This document shows, piece after piece, positions 36,161-51,466 of a DNA stretch of 64,000 bases. The position numbers and the translations under genes were made by a program. Origin of the DNA: Bispira polyomma. Its lineage: Eukaryota. Each line of letters starts with the position of its first letter. Position 1 is the first letter of the stretch. The notes beneath the pieces were generated by a model. That model saw nothing but the letters and a program-made list of their open reading frames with translations, did not search any database and was not told where the DNA came from. The stretch lies in NCBI GenBank assembly GCA_965649765.1, contig OZ287757.1:23126001-23190000 (forward strand). Direction: 5' to 3'.

Positions 36161-38756
36161 TATACATAATAAGGGGAACTGTTAGCTGGAAAAATTGAGA
36201 AATTCTTGAGAAATTCTTAGTATTTATTTTTACCGTCTGTTTATATGTTAAATATAAATACCAGTTCACGTGTTTTCCATTTTATTAGCCAAAATAACTA
36301 ACCTTAAGCACATGTACATATGAAGGACAGTTTATTTTGTCAGGGGACAGGTACTCTTATCAGCAAATTTAAAACAAGGTGAAGTGTTGTGTGATAATTT
36401 GGTATTTAAAACCTTATAATGAGGAATTTATGTCTTGTGTGTTTGAACTATTAAATAAACATAAAAAGCTTGGACTTGATAGCAATGAATTTCTAAAACT
36501 GTGTTTACCCTGCAGGTCTTACCAAATTAGTTCAAAGCCTAAAAACAGGAGGAAATAAATGTTGGCATTTTCTACTTTTTCAATATTCGATCGGATCCTT
36601 TTTTTCGTACAAACCTATTTAAATAGCCAGGAAACAATTATAAATAATGTTGATCAGAGATATCCATACATGCACCGGGAGAAAACACACATATAGACAT
36701 ATTTTAAAAGAGAAGTCAAATGTGCCACAGAATGGATAAAAGAATTATATACATTTATCGCCGGCTAAAAAAAAACCAGTAATTGACTTCAAAGAGAAAA
36801 ACCCACATCCATAAATACATGAATATCTCGTCACATACAAATAATTTATTTTTATAAAGTTGGTAAAAAAGCATCCAATTATCTCTGAAATAATTATTTA
36901 TATAATTAGTATGTCAATGTATATTATGTATCATAAATGCCAAATTATACAACCAAACAGTAAATAGACCGCCAGACCATTCCCCTGTGGGGGTATTCTA
37001 ATTGAGTGTTGAAGTGTGACTGTGTCTATTATTACTGTATGGTTTATACATATACTTCTATCTAAAAGTCTCTATTCCTTTTATTCAGGGGGGTGTATTA
37101 TTGCAAATTAATTAATGTTTCGTATGTAACCAATAGAAATAACAAAAACAAGTATAAAGTGAATATAACAGGAAGCTCCTCTTTACAACGATTTATACAT
37201 TTAGGTTGCATTACATTTGACGTCGTATTCAGGTATGCAAAGTAATACATAAATATAATACATGATTTATGAAGGGGCTTTCCAACACCATCATTAAGAC
37301 ATTATGACGACACACCCAGGAGAAGGATAGGACAGCCATGAGACCAAAGTGAGACAGTATTGAACTCTGATCATAAACATTTTCTCCTGTCCGACTATTC
37401 TGTTGCATACTGATTGGGAAGTACACCACGGAGGATGCCTGGTCATCGATTGTGATGCTATAGAAGTAAAAACTTAAACATTATTGAGACAAGGATAAGA
37501 CAACTGTACAACATACCACTCTCATGTCTACTGTTGGTGGCTTACTGTCGCCTTACTGTCGCCTTCTTGAATTGGTTTGGTGAGATTAGAAGATATATAA
37601 AGACAAAGATATTCAAACTAAAGTGGCAGGCAGCGACGTAAAAGAAAAAATATGGCAAACAAGAGACCATGGGGCTATTGTCTCCTCAGTGTTGCTTCAA
37701 AGGTTTGTCGTGGCCTGAAAAAGAGAGACACCAGAAAAATGAGAGACATCAAGGAGATAATGAAAAGAACTATTTGCAACTACACGCCATTTCATATCGC
37801 CGCTTGTTGCCAAGAAAATTGGTATATGTGGGAATGGCCTTATACTACTGTACTAGTATCTGTAATAAGTATTAATATTTTTTGTTACCATGGTAAATTG
37901 TATACCAACATAATCTTTGCACTCCATAATTAATTACATTAATGGGCCCTTACTTAGTAGGTGTTTTGTGAAACTGTATACAGCACCCCATTTCTGTGGC
38001 TTTACCAATGGTAGGACTTGGTAGGATAATAACTATTCATTCCAGGAGGGCTTTGTGAAACCTAAGCCTTGATTTTTTTAGGTAATTCGCCTTCCATTTC
38101 TTTCTAAGCTGTAAGGAATAAGTGATTTATTTAGGCCATAATGCTGATCTGGGGCAAAAAGGAGATTCCTATTACTATATCAAAAAGGAGATTACCATTA
38201 CTTTATAATAAATAAAGGAATATATACAGGTAAAGTACTCAGAAAGTTGGTTCTCTTCAAACTCAATTGTATTATATGAACATGGATAGGCTAAAGCGAT
38301 AGACACATTTAGATATTCAGGTTATTAACCATTTCAAATAAAACCACTTAAATATCATGTTTGCAATAACGTCTTAATAATCAAAACAGATCCCTGACAA
38401 ATATGAAATCTCTATGCACCAAATGTGTACCTATATTTTTTGAAGTTATATTTTTACCTATTTAGTGACAATATTGATCTACAATTTAGATATATATTAT
38501 TTATAGGAGGCCCTCAGAAGTCACTGTGTTATCTTTATTTATTTGTAGCAAATGGGGGACATTATTTCATCTGTTTCTGATTAGGTCCACTTGTAAATCT
38601 CTTATGGGCACATCACAAGGATCTCTGAGAGGTTAGGTTATGTCAGTGGAAGTTGATCTGAAGGAGCCAATAAACAGCAAATAACACTTGGTAAGAAACT
38701 GCACATATATATCTCGGGGCCAGTATTCTTTATATTCTTTAAATCATTTGAATTTA

Positions 38757-39217
38757 TCTGTGTTTTGCGTTGCTTTCAACAACCTTGGTCATACATCACG
38801 ACGGGCCAGATTTAATGGTGGCAGAAACCAGTGCTAAAGCAAGCACTGTAAATCACCCGTCTGTGGCATGTACCTGACAAACTCTCCCACATAAATGAGG
38901 GGCCGTGGTGGCCTAGTGGTTAGCAAGCATTGGGCTTCACAATCACTGGTCTCTCACCTCTGGGCAGCGTGAGTTCGACAACCGTCGATGCCTATGTGGG
39001 AAAGGTGGTAGTTTGTTACTGTAGGCTCCTGGTTTCAGTGCAGAACCTTGATCAACTGTATGCAATGTTTCCTCGAGCGTTTCCAACTACCCGTCCCAAT
39101 ATAACCTAAACAGGTACTAGAGTGGACGTTAAATACCCTAATTCTAATTCTAACCCAATTAAATGAATGAATCAGATTCTAGAAGCCAACGCTTATGACA
39201 ATTAGGCCACCATGGTC
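38757..39217 (-). mobile_element. SINE family B copy, split by the family A insertion
   Basis: Family B sequence up to actctcccacataaatga, resuming after 39166 (..taggccaccatggtc). Confidence 0.7.
38899..39159 (+). mobile_element. tRNA-derived SINE, family A, nested in a family B SINE
   Basis: Full head-to-tail copy; taaatga duplicated at 38892-38898 and 39160-39166. Confidence 0.88.
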
Positions 39218-40379
39218 AATATTCACAGCTCAAACTGAGACTCAATTGAGGGCTATGCACAACTAAACCATTGATTTGTAAAAGAGCTGTAAGCACTAAA
39301 TTCAGAAATGCAATCAGATGTTTTATTTTACACTACTCCCTCCAGAGATGTGGGCTGCTTAGAGAATACGTGCTGAGGTATTATTTTGTGACACAAGCCA
39401 GTGACCTCACTGAAACGACTGTACTTCTTGCTTCATGTGATGCTCCAGTGATTTTTTGAATAATTGATAGCATTTGTATCAAATATCAATCAAAACAATT
39501 CCATGGCTAGGCGTTATAATCTAGTTATAGTAACTTTCATTTTTGAATCAAAAGACAACAATTAAATTAAAATAAACTATTAACTTTGCCAAGGAAGTAA
39601 TGTTTGTGATATACCACTGGTTTCTCCATCCACTGAATAAAACCATTGCAGTATAATACAAAATGATGAAAGTGACATCAATCAACAAGTAAACGATACC
39701 AACTGATGACAAAATTACTATTTACTGTCCAAAATGGTTACACATCCAAAGTGTTGTCTTACATGTTGTGTGTGATATGATGACTTGCAGTTCACTGGTA
39801 AAGCAAATCAGCGAAGGGTCATTGTTTTCTTTCAGGGTTTTCTTTCATACAAGCCACCAACCATCAGTGAATCTACAGCCAACTATCATACAAAAAACAA
39901 ATCAAGGCTGAGAATTGTACCACGAACTGCAGGGGTGGGAGACGAGTGTGTTACCATTACTGTCACTAAGGTTTTAGATATACAGCAATAAATAGGAGAA
40001 AACGGATATATAAAAGTTTGCACAACTTCAATTCCTTTAATTTTATCTTAGTACATGTATATAGATCCTATTATTCAAAATGGAGTATCAGAAAAGAATA
40101 GTAAAGATATGAATGCAGAAAGCAGAATATTTGTCAGGATTAAAGAAGACTGATTTATCAAGAATGTGCAGAAAGGTGGAATAAGTGAAACAAATATAAA
40201 TGTATATACTCTTTGGCTAAAAAGTAGCTGACATGAGAAATAAAAATCGGCTATGAAGTATCTCATTATGAACAAAATGGTTTATCTGTTTTTTTTTTTT
40301 ATATATAACACTCATCTATCTCTGCATTGTGCGGAGCCCCTAAAATAACACAATATTGTAAATTTAAAAAATTAAATTG

Positions 40380-40797
40380 ATCTTATTCTTACAACATGAT
40401 ATTTATTCCGATCAGATATTATCTTATTCCCGTAAGATAGTATCTCATTCCCATAAGATAGTGTCTCATTCCAACAAGATATTATCTTATAAGATCATTC
40501 CCATAATATACTATCTCGTTCCAAGCAGATGGTATCTCATTCCCATAAAAAAGTAATTCATTCCCATCAGATAATGTCTCGTTTCCATATTATAGTACAT
40601 CATTCCCACTGGATATTATCTCATTCCCATAAGATAATATCTTGTTCCCACATGATATGATCTCTTTCAGATAAGATAGTGTCTGTTTGCAACAGGATAA
40701 TGTATCGTTCCCATAAAATAGTGTCTCATTCCCGTAAGATAATGTCTTGTTCTGATACAATAGTGTCTCATTCCTAGCAGATAGTATCTTGTTCCAT
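40380..40797 (+). repeat. 21-bp minisatellite (copy A)
   Basis: aagatagtatctcattcccat-type units, ~20 copies. Confidence 0.85.
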
Positions 40798-43700
40798 TAA
40801 ATTTTTTTTTATTCTTATGGTAGTTCTTAAATACTCTGTGTCTCATTTGGTGTCCTGTGCTACTTGATGTGATGTACATTAATTGAGCATCATGATATAG
40901 TTTATCTTCCTCTCCAACTGTAAATACTTTACTTAAAGATTCAAATGTATGTGTGTGTTTGGAACTTATATTAAAATAAATACTTCAACTAGTAAAGTTT
41001 AATTAAAAAAGGCTTTGTATACAGCTAAAACTAACTATGTTCAGGTTTTTTAGAACAAACATCATACAATGATAAGAATTAATATTCTCGACAAAAATGG
41101 CGCATATACATTCAGACACATAGCGTATTACCACTTCTTTACATCCACAGAAATATAAAGAAGTACTAAAATGTGGAAAATTCAATGGCATATTTATATA
41201 ATATAAGATATAGGCTCTGATAGTTATCTTTTTTATCAAAGCATTATTTTATTAGTATTAAAGGAAACAAAATTGTATATCTGTTTGTGATTAGATTCAC
41301 TAGTAAATCTGCCATATTCAAGTGACTACCTATTCATGACCTATGACATAGCAATTAAGTGTAGTTCGATAAAGGCATACCTATGCAAAAAGAAATGAAA
41401 AAATCTTGAATTTGTCCATTCTATTTGGATCTTCTACAAAATTAAATGGATTTTTCAGATATTCAAGTCTCTCTACTTTAATATTTTTTTTGAACGGTTC
41501 TAAAGTGTTTGTGTAATCCTGACGTTAAACAAACAAATCAACTATGGGACCATTTTTAATAGAATTCTGACAAATAACAGTGATAGTTGGATTTTTGTCT
41601 ACTAAAATAAAATATTACAATTCTGCTTCGATGTAGTAAGGTAATATATAATATTTATTTCACCCATGACAAAAACTTTAAATCTATCTTGGTTTAATTA
41701 ATCAGTGACAGACAACAAGGTTCCACATAACAATAAATATGTTTAACTAAAGCCTTAACTTCATAGATCCTTTACAAAGTTTCCTTCAAAAAATTAAAAG
41801 ATGTTTCTTATACTAATAAAGTCACACATATATTTACTCTTTCTTCAGACATATACCCAAGCATAACATTTTCAAGAGCTTTGAAACTAAACCATGGCCA
41901 ATGCTAAAACCGTGTGTCTACCTTGACAACTGAATATTGTTTCTAGAATTTTAACAACAGAAGTATGAGGAACAAAAAGTGAATTTCTAGTGATATCAGT
42001 CTCTACATGTATAACTTATTTAGTTCAAGACGCCAGTTGTTATCTTCAGTTTATGAGGTAGTTCAAAGAGGGACATTACTTTTTCTGTTTGTGATTAGAT
42101 CCACTTCTGAGCCTCTCAAAGTCACATTACAATGACGACCAAGTGGCCAGTTACCTCACTGTGATGAAATATCAGGTCATAAATACAATGTGCACTTTGA
42201 TTAAGAGTCTAAGCATAAAAGATTTTCGTTTGAATATTTTTGTAATTAAACAGGAAATATAAAATATTGTTTGCAAATTTACCAAAACAAAAGAATAAAT
42301 ATGAGAGATTTAAATACAGTCAAATATTGTTTAATATTTTGAGAAAAAAAGGAATCCTAACCTTTATGCTATTTGCAATTGCAGATTACCAAACAGCGTA
42401 CAGCGATTATAAATAGAACCCTGGTGTCATCAGAATAATATCATTGAAGTTGCATAGCAGTATAAAAAATTGCATTAGTTTACTTTACATGCTATTCATA
42501 TTACATAATTATTATAACCATTATAGTGCATAATTAACACTGCACTTCCGATTCAAATGCTTACTATAACCATCCATGCATCAAAGATTTGTGAGACAAA
42601 CAAAGACAAACAATACATTGACAATTAAAAGTATTCACAACTGTGAAAACATACTGAATATTGCATCACTTCTGAGGGCACCGTAGGACATAGATGGTAA
42701 AATTCTATTAAATGCAGCAAAAAGACGAAAAATAGACATTTATTCTTCAATAGCCAACCGTTTGTTTGCTTGTGGTGAAATAATATATGTTATAATCAAA
42801 CATAATAAATATATTTTACCATTGAAATCAGATGGCAACAACTGAAACAAACCCATGAAAAAGTGCAACCTTGATTCATGGAATTTGTAGCATCCCATTT
42901 GCACAAGCTGATTAAGCTGACACAAGCCTATAGCTGGCCTATCCCTATCCAGAAAAAATATTGTCCCCATCCAAGACATTTTTGTTTTAAATTTCTTTCT
43001 CACAATGAAAGCTTTCCAGTATGTCTCAGTCTGACCCAGATACTAGATATATCTGTATCTGGTATAAGAAGTAATTAAATCTATGTGGACATTATGGATG
43101 GTTCTCAGGACGTCTGGGAGTTAGAATTATTTTGAATCCACACAACAATAGTATAAAGGGATTGTGATCTCTGGCTTCTTCAAAGAACATAACTTACTTG
43201 CAAACTCCATTAGTTATCTGTATTTATTGGCAGTAAAGAGGGGGCATATAAGTAAATGTATTTGTGTGCTTAGATGCACTAGTAAATAGTTTTTTTACAT
43301 CAAGATGACTTCTAAGTGGTGGCTCACAGACCAATGAGATAAGTGGCAATAAAACACAGAGCACTTTCTAAAGAATAGCAAATAAAAGATCTTGGTATAT
43401 AGGTAATCTTGCTTAAGGCCCAAATTTGTCAGCAAAATAGTATTATTTACCTTCGGAACAAATATGTCAATATGTAGACTTTTAAGAAATAAGAAAGTTT
43501 TCTTGTAAGTAACAGCATATATTTATCTCCTTGCCAGAAATGGATTCACAAATCCAGTGCTCTTTCTGAAAGCCCTCCTCAAATTAACCGTCGATTGGCA
43601 GGATGTGCCAACAGGCACTAGTGATTGCCAGCATTTAGAGCATGTCTTGAAATGACTGCAACCAATTGTCAGATGTATAGACGGTAAATCTTAGAGGTGA

Positions 43701-46676
43701 GGTTGAACATTGGTGAACACAAGTAGTTTGACAAAAAACTTTTAACATTGCTTAGTTGAAAAAACTATTTACAAATGTTGGGAATATGTATGATATATAT
43801 CACTTACTAGTGTTACATTAAAATTGTGTTAAAATATACATTAAATAGAAAAAAAAACAAAAAACAAATCTAGGACACCATCACCAAATTTCAAAATCCA
43901 AGGTAGTATGGCTGAATCTATTGAACCACTGAAAATATCTATGCTGAAATGATTAACTTGAAGAGGTGTTGTGTGCAGAAAAAAGACTATGACATAAAGG
44001 CCATCAAAAACTCTCAGGACGCACTGTCGTCTAAACTGGACAAAATAGAATACAACCCAGATGTTACTCTTGTTGGCCATAAATATGCCATATTCTGGAC
44101 GGACCATTCAATATCTCTTCTACAGTGATGTAATTCATAACTACATCAACTTGAGAAATATTAAAGTTGTTCAAGCTTACACCAGTTATATGGCAAGTCA
44201 TACTTGCATATTTATTATTTGCTAGTATAGTGGAAACAAGTTAGAAGTATTGTTGGTTAAAATATATATATTTGAAAAGTTATTGGGTTTATCCAGATTA
44301 TTCATGCAGTACCAAACATAAGTTAGTTGCTTTAACGTAATACTTAAGTCCTCTGTTTTCATCCCCTACCTACTATTTCACCTACATCTCTGCTTCCTCT
44401 TTCCTAAGCCCTGCCTTATTCTTTCTGCTCCTCTATGCTTCCTGTTGCCCACATTGTCTTGCCCCTCTCTGCTGCCTCTTCCTATGCCTGCCTTCTGTTT
44501 TCCCCTTTCTTCCATCCAACTTTTGTCCCCACCTCTCATTTGTCCTGGCTTCTCTTACCCCATTTCAATTTAACCTTGCATTTAAATTTGACACAGTCAT
44601 TGCAACTAAATATGTTTATATGTTTATATGTTTTTGCCGTCAGAGTGGTTTCACCTAATTTTGGTCTAGCAGTATACCCTGAATATGGTTTTTATCTAAT
44701 AAAATATAATTTGAACCAAATTATAACACTAATGTGCAAAAATACAATGGCAGGCACTAACCAAAGGTATTTTGTTTGTGTTCCTGCTGCTTTATTCTGG
44801 CCTCCATTTCAAATTCAACCATGATGTACCATAATAGTTTTTGAAAACCCACTTTAACATGAAACTCTGGTTCTGTCTATAAATGGCTTTTAAAATGCCC
44901 TATCTGGACTGCCCAAGTACACTCAACCTGCACCTGTTGTTCCTCAAACTGAATATACAGGCTTGATGATGCACCATGATGTTGGGAAATTCTCTGGTTT
45001 TCATTTTTACTATCTTTTGCTATTTATTAGTTAAAATATCAATACTAGTAAACACCTTTTCCATCTCATAAGCTAAAATAGCTATACTTAATTCAAAGTG
45101 ACAATTTTTACTTGTCCAGTACACACATAAATGTGGCATTTCTGCTGTCTGAAGACAATTTCTCTCATCAGCTAATTTAAAACAAAGTGAAATGTTTGCT
45201 ATTTAAGATCTTAAAATGAGGATTTTATGTATTATGTGTTTGATCTAATAACTTGACAGTAATGAAATACTAAACTTGTATTTACTCTGCCATTTATTAG
45301 TTCCGAGCATAACAACAGGAGAAACTAAAGTAGAACATGTGACCATAAATAAATTCTCACTTTTTTACTGTTTCAATATTTAATCTGATCTTTTTTTACA
45401 TACAAACCTTTTTCAATAGCTAGACCACAATTATAAATAATGTTGATCAGAAATATACATACACACACTTGAAGAGAACACACATAGACATATTTTAAAA
45501 GAGAAGTCGATCAAATATGTCACAAGATGGATAAAAAGATTATAGTCATTATTACCAGCTACAAAACTGTAACTAACTTTAAAGTGAAATGCCTATCCCT
45601 GAATACAGACATATTTCATAAAATTAAAATATTTGGCAAAAAGTTGGTAAAAAAGCATTCAATTATCTCTGTAATAATTATTTACATAATTAGTATGTCA
45701 ATGTATTATATATCATCACTGTCATATTGTACATTAATTAAATGTTTCTTATGTCCTCAATATAAATAACAAAAACAAATATAAAGTGATTATGACAAGA
45801 AGCTTCTCTTTACAACGATTAATACTTTTAGGTTGCATTACATTTGATGTTGTAACCAGCAATGCAAAGAGTGAACAACAAAATAATACATGATTTTTGA
45901 AGGGGCCTATCAATGGCATTTTTGAGACAGTATGACAACATCACTCTGGCGAACCAGATGGGACAGCCATGAGACCAAAATGAGACAGTATTGAACTCTG
46001 ATCATGTATTCTGTTGCATACTGATTGGAATGTGCACCACAGAGTATGCCTGAGCATCGATTGTGACACTGTAAAAACATCAACATTATTAAACGAATCA
46101 TAGGACAACTGTACAACAAACCTCTTTCATGTCTCCTGCTGGTGGCTGTCGCCTTCTTGAATTGGTGTGTCGACATTAGAAGATATATAAAGATAATCCC
46201 ATTAGGATGACAGGGCAGCGACGTAAAAAAACAAAATATGACAACAGGAGACAATAGGACGATTGTCTACTCAGTTCTGCTTTAAAGGTTTGTCGTAGCC
46301 TGAAACAGAGAGACAACCCAAAGGAAATAAGGAGACATCAAGGAAACAATGGAGATAACTGTTTGCGACTACACAACATTTCATGTTGCCACTTGTCACC
46401 AAGCCAATGTTTTGCTACCATTGGAAATAGTCTACCATCATAATCTGATGACTCTATAAGCTATGACATTTAGTAGGTCCTTACTTGGTGTTTTGTGAAA
46501 TTGTTTAGCATCCCATTTCTGTGGGTTTACTAATGGTAGGACTTGGTAAGATAATACCTACTCATTCCAGGAGGGCTTTGTAAAACCCGATCCTTGATTT
46601 TTTAGGGTAATTGCTAAACTTTTTTTTCTAAGCTATAAGGAATAAGTATTTAATTTAGGCCATAATGCTGACCTGG

Positions 46677-46880
46677 AAAAAAGGAGATTCCCATTACTTC
46701 ATCACAAAGGAGATTACCATTACTTCAAGGAGATTCCATTACTACATCACAAAGGAGATTCCCATTACATCATTTAAAATTAGATTCCTATTACTTTATC
46801 CCAAAGGAAATTACCATTACTTTATCAAAAAGAAGACTACCAGTACTTCATCACAAAGGAGATTACCATTACTTCATAAT
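46677..46880 (+). repeat. ~26-bp minisatellite
   Basis: aaaggagattaccattacttcatcac, ~8 copies; only 2 copies at the paralogous site 38157-38205. Confidence 0.85.
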
Positions 46881-47480
46881 GAATAAACAAATATATAGAG
46901 TTTTCTCAAAATGACAAACTAAAGGCTTTTTTCAAAGAGACTCAAAACCATTTTGGTTTAAACAAGCCCAAGTGATATGTTTTATGGCTGCATGTTGTCA
47001 CTCAGGAACAAAGCTGTTTTTAACAATGCTAACTGGACAGGACTTAGACAAGACTTTTGAATATGTTAGACTTAATTTATGCTAAACTTTGAGACCTAAG
47101 GGGTCAGATTTAGGGGTCAGTAATGTATATGTTGAAATTTTACGTAAATAGTGTTATATGTACTTACTCCTGCAACGTTCACTTTTCTGTCCACTTTTTT
47201 TTATTTTCTTTTTGGTGTGTTCTTTGGGATTTATTATTTTTTTTTTTTTTTCATTTTTCCCTTACCCTCTTTAAAATAAGTTTTATTTTAGTATGTTATT
47301 CTTTTTTCTTTTATTTTTTAGATTTATTGTGCACCTAAATTTTTGTTGTCAATTTGCTGCCACTGTTAGGAATTTACCTGAAGGTAAATAAATTATTATA
47401 ATCAAACGTCAAGATGGCAATTTGTTTCAGGTTTGGTTAAACATATAGAAAGGAATAAATTTAGTACTTTATAACTGATT

Positions 47481-50200
47481 ATGAATCTAGTTAATGGTAA
47501 TCAAATATCTCTGTTGTCGGCAAACTGTCGGGGCTTGAATAATAAAAACAAAAACAATATGATGTTTTAAATTATATAAAAGAAGCTGGAATAAATATAG
47601 CTTGTCTCCAGGATTTCCATTTAATAGACTCAATGGAAAGTGTTGTCAAAAATAATTGTAATGGGGAAGTGTAATTAAATTGTTGCCGTAGCAATGCTTG
47701 GGGGAAACAATCCTCATTAGTAATTGCGTATAAGGTTACAAAAACAGAAAAGCACAATGATAGTAATCTTTTTGTTATGGCTCTTTTAGATGAGAACATA
47801 AGGTTCAGAATTATAAATATGTATGGATCAAACACTGATGATATTGACCTGAATTTAACCCTGAATCCTAACCTAAGCAGTTATAATTATTCAAATTTGA
47901 ACAACCCAATAGCAAGATTAATTGTGCTTAGCATTAAAAATTTATCTGACGTTGCGGATACTACAGACATCAAACCTAACTAAAAATCTGATCATTTGTT
48001 TTAGTATCTAAGGCTGAGTTTGACAAAATTTAAAAAGACATCTGGAAATTCAACACAAGATACTTACATGACCCTCAATATTTGAAATTAATAAATGAGA
48101 CGATTTGGGATGAATATATCAAATATGCAATTCCAGTTAATGATTTAAGATATATATCTATTTATTCTTTCCAGGATGTAGTCCTTACAATCGATAGCAA
48201 AATTTTCTTAGAAGCCATGCTACACCTGATTAAGAGGTGAAACTGTTAAATATGCAAGTAACATTAAAATGGGGGAATATTCAGGAAATTATATTAAAAG
48301 CCAAAATTGAATAACTGGAGTTTGAAATAAATGAAAACGAATCTGATGGCAGTTTTTTGACATCCTGAAATGAAATATTAGACTCAATATCTCATTATTA
48401 TAGATCACTTTTTAAAGCAAATGATTAAAATTTACAGGATTATCGTTTTACCAACATATTAGGAAAATACTCAATTAATAAATTAAATATAAGCAAAGCT
48501 TATAATTAGAAGGAGTCTTGACAGAAAATTAATTAGGGAATGCATTTATTTATATGAAACATTATAAAATTCCAGGTTTTCCATCAGAATTTTACAAAGT
48601 ATTCTGGAAATTTTTAAAATCCTGTATTTTAAAAGCATTAAATTGACAGCATTGAGAAAGGAAATCTACCTCTGACATTGCGCCAATGTGTAATAACATG
48701 CTTACCTAAGAGAAGAAAAATACGTGAAATAATCAAGAACTGGCGTCCCCTGTCAATCTAAAGAACCAATAGACTTAAGCCACATCTTGATAATCTTATT
48801 GATAAAACCCAAAATTGTGGATAGAAAAGAAAATAATGTTGTGAAGAAAGATTGTTGCCTCTTAATCTTCAGTTGGATATCACTTGTTTCAATATGTTGG
48901 GATTGTCGTTTTCAGTTGATTTGACTGAATAAATTGACATTAATTTTACTGAGCAAATAATGGAAATCCCAGAAATTATTAATAATTGGAATAAAGAGTA
49001 TTTAACTCCCACTGGCAAAATTAAAGTTATAAAGACATTCTTACTATCAAAGTTAAATCACTTACTTTTAACTTTGCCAAATCCTAACACTTGTTTATTC
49101 AAAAAGATTAATCGCATATTTTATAGCTTTTTATGATCTAATTAACCAGATAGAATTAAAAGAGAAGTAATGAAATTGAAATATTTAGAACGGGGTTAAA
49201 ATAGTAGATATTAAAGTATTTAAAAAATCCCTGAAAATTGAATGGATAAGGAGATTGTTCTGAGACAGCAAGGCCTCTTGGGTAAACCTTTTGTATTCTG
49301 AAACCTCAATTTGTCTAACCAAATTGCCACATTTTGCTTTCACAGTATTTGTCTGAATTGATAAAAACACCAAATCCGTTTTGGCAGGTTGTCTTTGAAG
49401 GCTGGATTTCTATGTCATCCAACTTAAAAATATGTAACTCGAATGATCTAATGACAAGTCTGTTATAGTAAAACCCTCTCATCTCAGATTAACTGCTATA
49501 CTTTCCTGCCTGGTACAGGAAAGGAGTAACTATAGTCGCAGATGTTATATCTGATAATAAGGTTTTGGGACATGATGAACTTTGAAGTTTTCTGCTCATT
49601 TTAATTTTCTTAATTACCTTATAGTGAAACATAAAATAAATATTTTGCTCATTTTAAATATCTTAATTACCTTACAGTGAAACGTAAAATAAATATTCTT
49701 TTGACCAGATTTGGGTATGACACTTATGAAAACATTACATTGGAGAGGCCTTTTATGCCTATTAATCATAACATGAAACTCAAATGGAATAAAGACCTTC
49801 AAATTCATATTGACCATGTACTTGTAAAATCTTGTTTTCTCTAAAGCAATGACAAACAATCATTTTGTAGGGTTTTAGCGAAAATTGATTTATAGGATCT
49901 TAGGAATCAACTGTTATCGGCGCAATTAGGCCTAATTGACAATCCCAACTGTCTTTTTTGTCAACAGTCTGAAACTTTATTGCATATTTTTTACGAATGT
50001 CCAAATTCAAAGAAATTATGGGAAGATATTGAGAAACTACTGAAAGAGTGTGTCAGATTTGAAATGAAATTTACTTGTTTTACAGTAATCTTTGGTTATA
50101 CATATAAAGACCAGAATCATATTTTAACCCATAGTTTAATACTGGTTGTTAAAAGTATATATTTGATTTATCTAGAGATGGTAGTATAGTAGAATGATTA
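47481..50200 (+). mobile_element. Decayed L1/Tx1-clade LINE ORF2 (endonuclease, partial RT, C-terminal zinc motif)
   Basis: SANCRGLNNK, IACLQDFH, INMYGSN, SDH, IWKFN, GFPSEFYKVFW, ITCLPK, KNWRPLS, LTPTGKIKVIK, CLFCQQSETLLHIFYECP; many stops; RT core apparently deleted. Confidence 0.85.
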
Positions 50201-50886
50201 TGAAACCTCTGGAATATAGATTGAATCGGTTGTACAGAGATAAGGAATATCTAGGTTTGGGATAGGTGGGCATCTGTATATAGGAGTGATAATTAGAACT
50301 TTGTAACTAGTAAAAGTTGAGCAAAATGAAAGGTATAGTATAATCGTATTTGCCAAATCATTTGTATTATTGGGTTGGATTCCTTCTTAAAGTTATATAT
50401 TTGGTTTACTTTTTATGTGGCTTCCTTGTGTTTATTTTTGTATTTTTTGTAATAATAGTGACTAGTGAATATATAGATTTATGTGATTATAAATTTGTGC
50501 ACATGTTATGAAAAAAATATATATAAAAAAACCTAACTTTCCACATACAAAAAGGCCAAGGCTGACATTTGTACCCTTGACTGCAGATGTGGGAGGCGAG
50601 TGTGTTACCATTACTGGCACTGAGGCTCCAGATATATTGCAATAAATAGGAAAAAAAAAACAAATAGATAAAAGTTTAACAAGGTGGAATAAGTGGAACA
50701 AACATCACTGTATATAATCTTTGGCTAAAAAGTAGCGAACAGGAGAGATAAAAATCGGCCATGAAGTATCTCCTTATAAACAAAATGGTTTGTCTGTTTT
50801 TTTTATGTGACACTATGACACTCATCTATTTCTGTACTGTACAGAGCTCCTAAAGTAACACAATATTGTAAATTTAAAAAAAAAAT

Positions 50887-51466
50887 GATCTTGTTCCTGC
50901 AAGATAATATTTATTCCGATTATCTCATTCCTATAACATAGTATCTTATTCCGTCAAGATATTATCTCGTTACCATAAGATAATTCCCATAAGATACTAC
51001 TTATTTCCCGAAGATGGTATCTTGTTCCCTTGAGAGAGTATCTCTTTCCCATAAGATAGTATCTTGTCCCTATAAGATGGTGTCTCTTCGCCACAAGATA
51101 GTGTCTGGTTCCCATGAGATAGTATATCATTTTCATAGATAGTATCTCATTTCCACCAGATATTATTTCATTTCTACAAGATAGTATATCTCTTACACAA
51201 TAGTGTCTTGTTCTCACTAGACAGTGTGGCATTTCCAAAAGATAGTATGTCATTTTTACCAGATATTATGTCGCTCCCATCACATAGTATCTCATTCCCA
51301 AGAGATATTATCTCACTGCAATCAGAAAGTATTTTGTTCACCATAAGATAGAGTTGTTTCCCACAATGTAGTATTTCATTACTTTTAGATAATGTTTTGT
51401 CTCATTTGTAAAAGGTAGTATTTCTTTATTTCAAGATAGTATCTCATTCCCAGCAGATAGTATCTT
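50887..51466 (+). repeat. 21-bp minisatellite (copy B)
   Basis: Same unit, ~27 copies. Confidence 0.85.

Larger units (their letters stand above)
36200..44460 (+). repeat. Segmental duplication, copy A
   Basis: Collinear with 44980-53960, e.g. 36361/45169, 36610/45403, 37700/46285, 39900/50555, 40175/50683, 42030/52000, 44205/53755. Confidence 0.85.

Noticed and set aside
37229-37933. ORFs inside the segmental duplication (37229-37429, 37652-37933, 45910-46254) as a duplicated gene
   Set aside because: Frames and stops are not conserved between copies A and B, and part of the sequence matches the L2 3' tail at 5785-5900.
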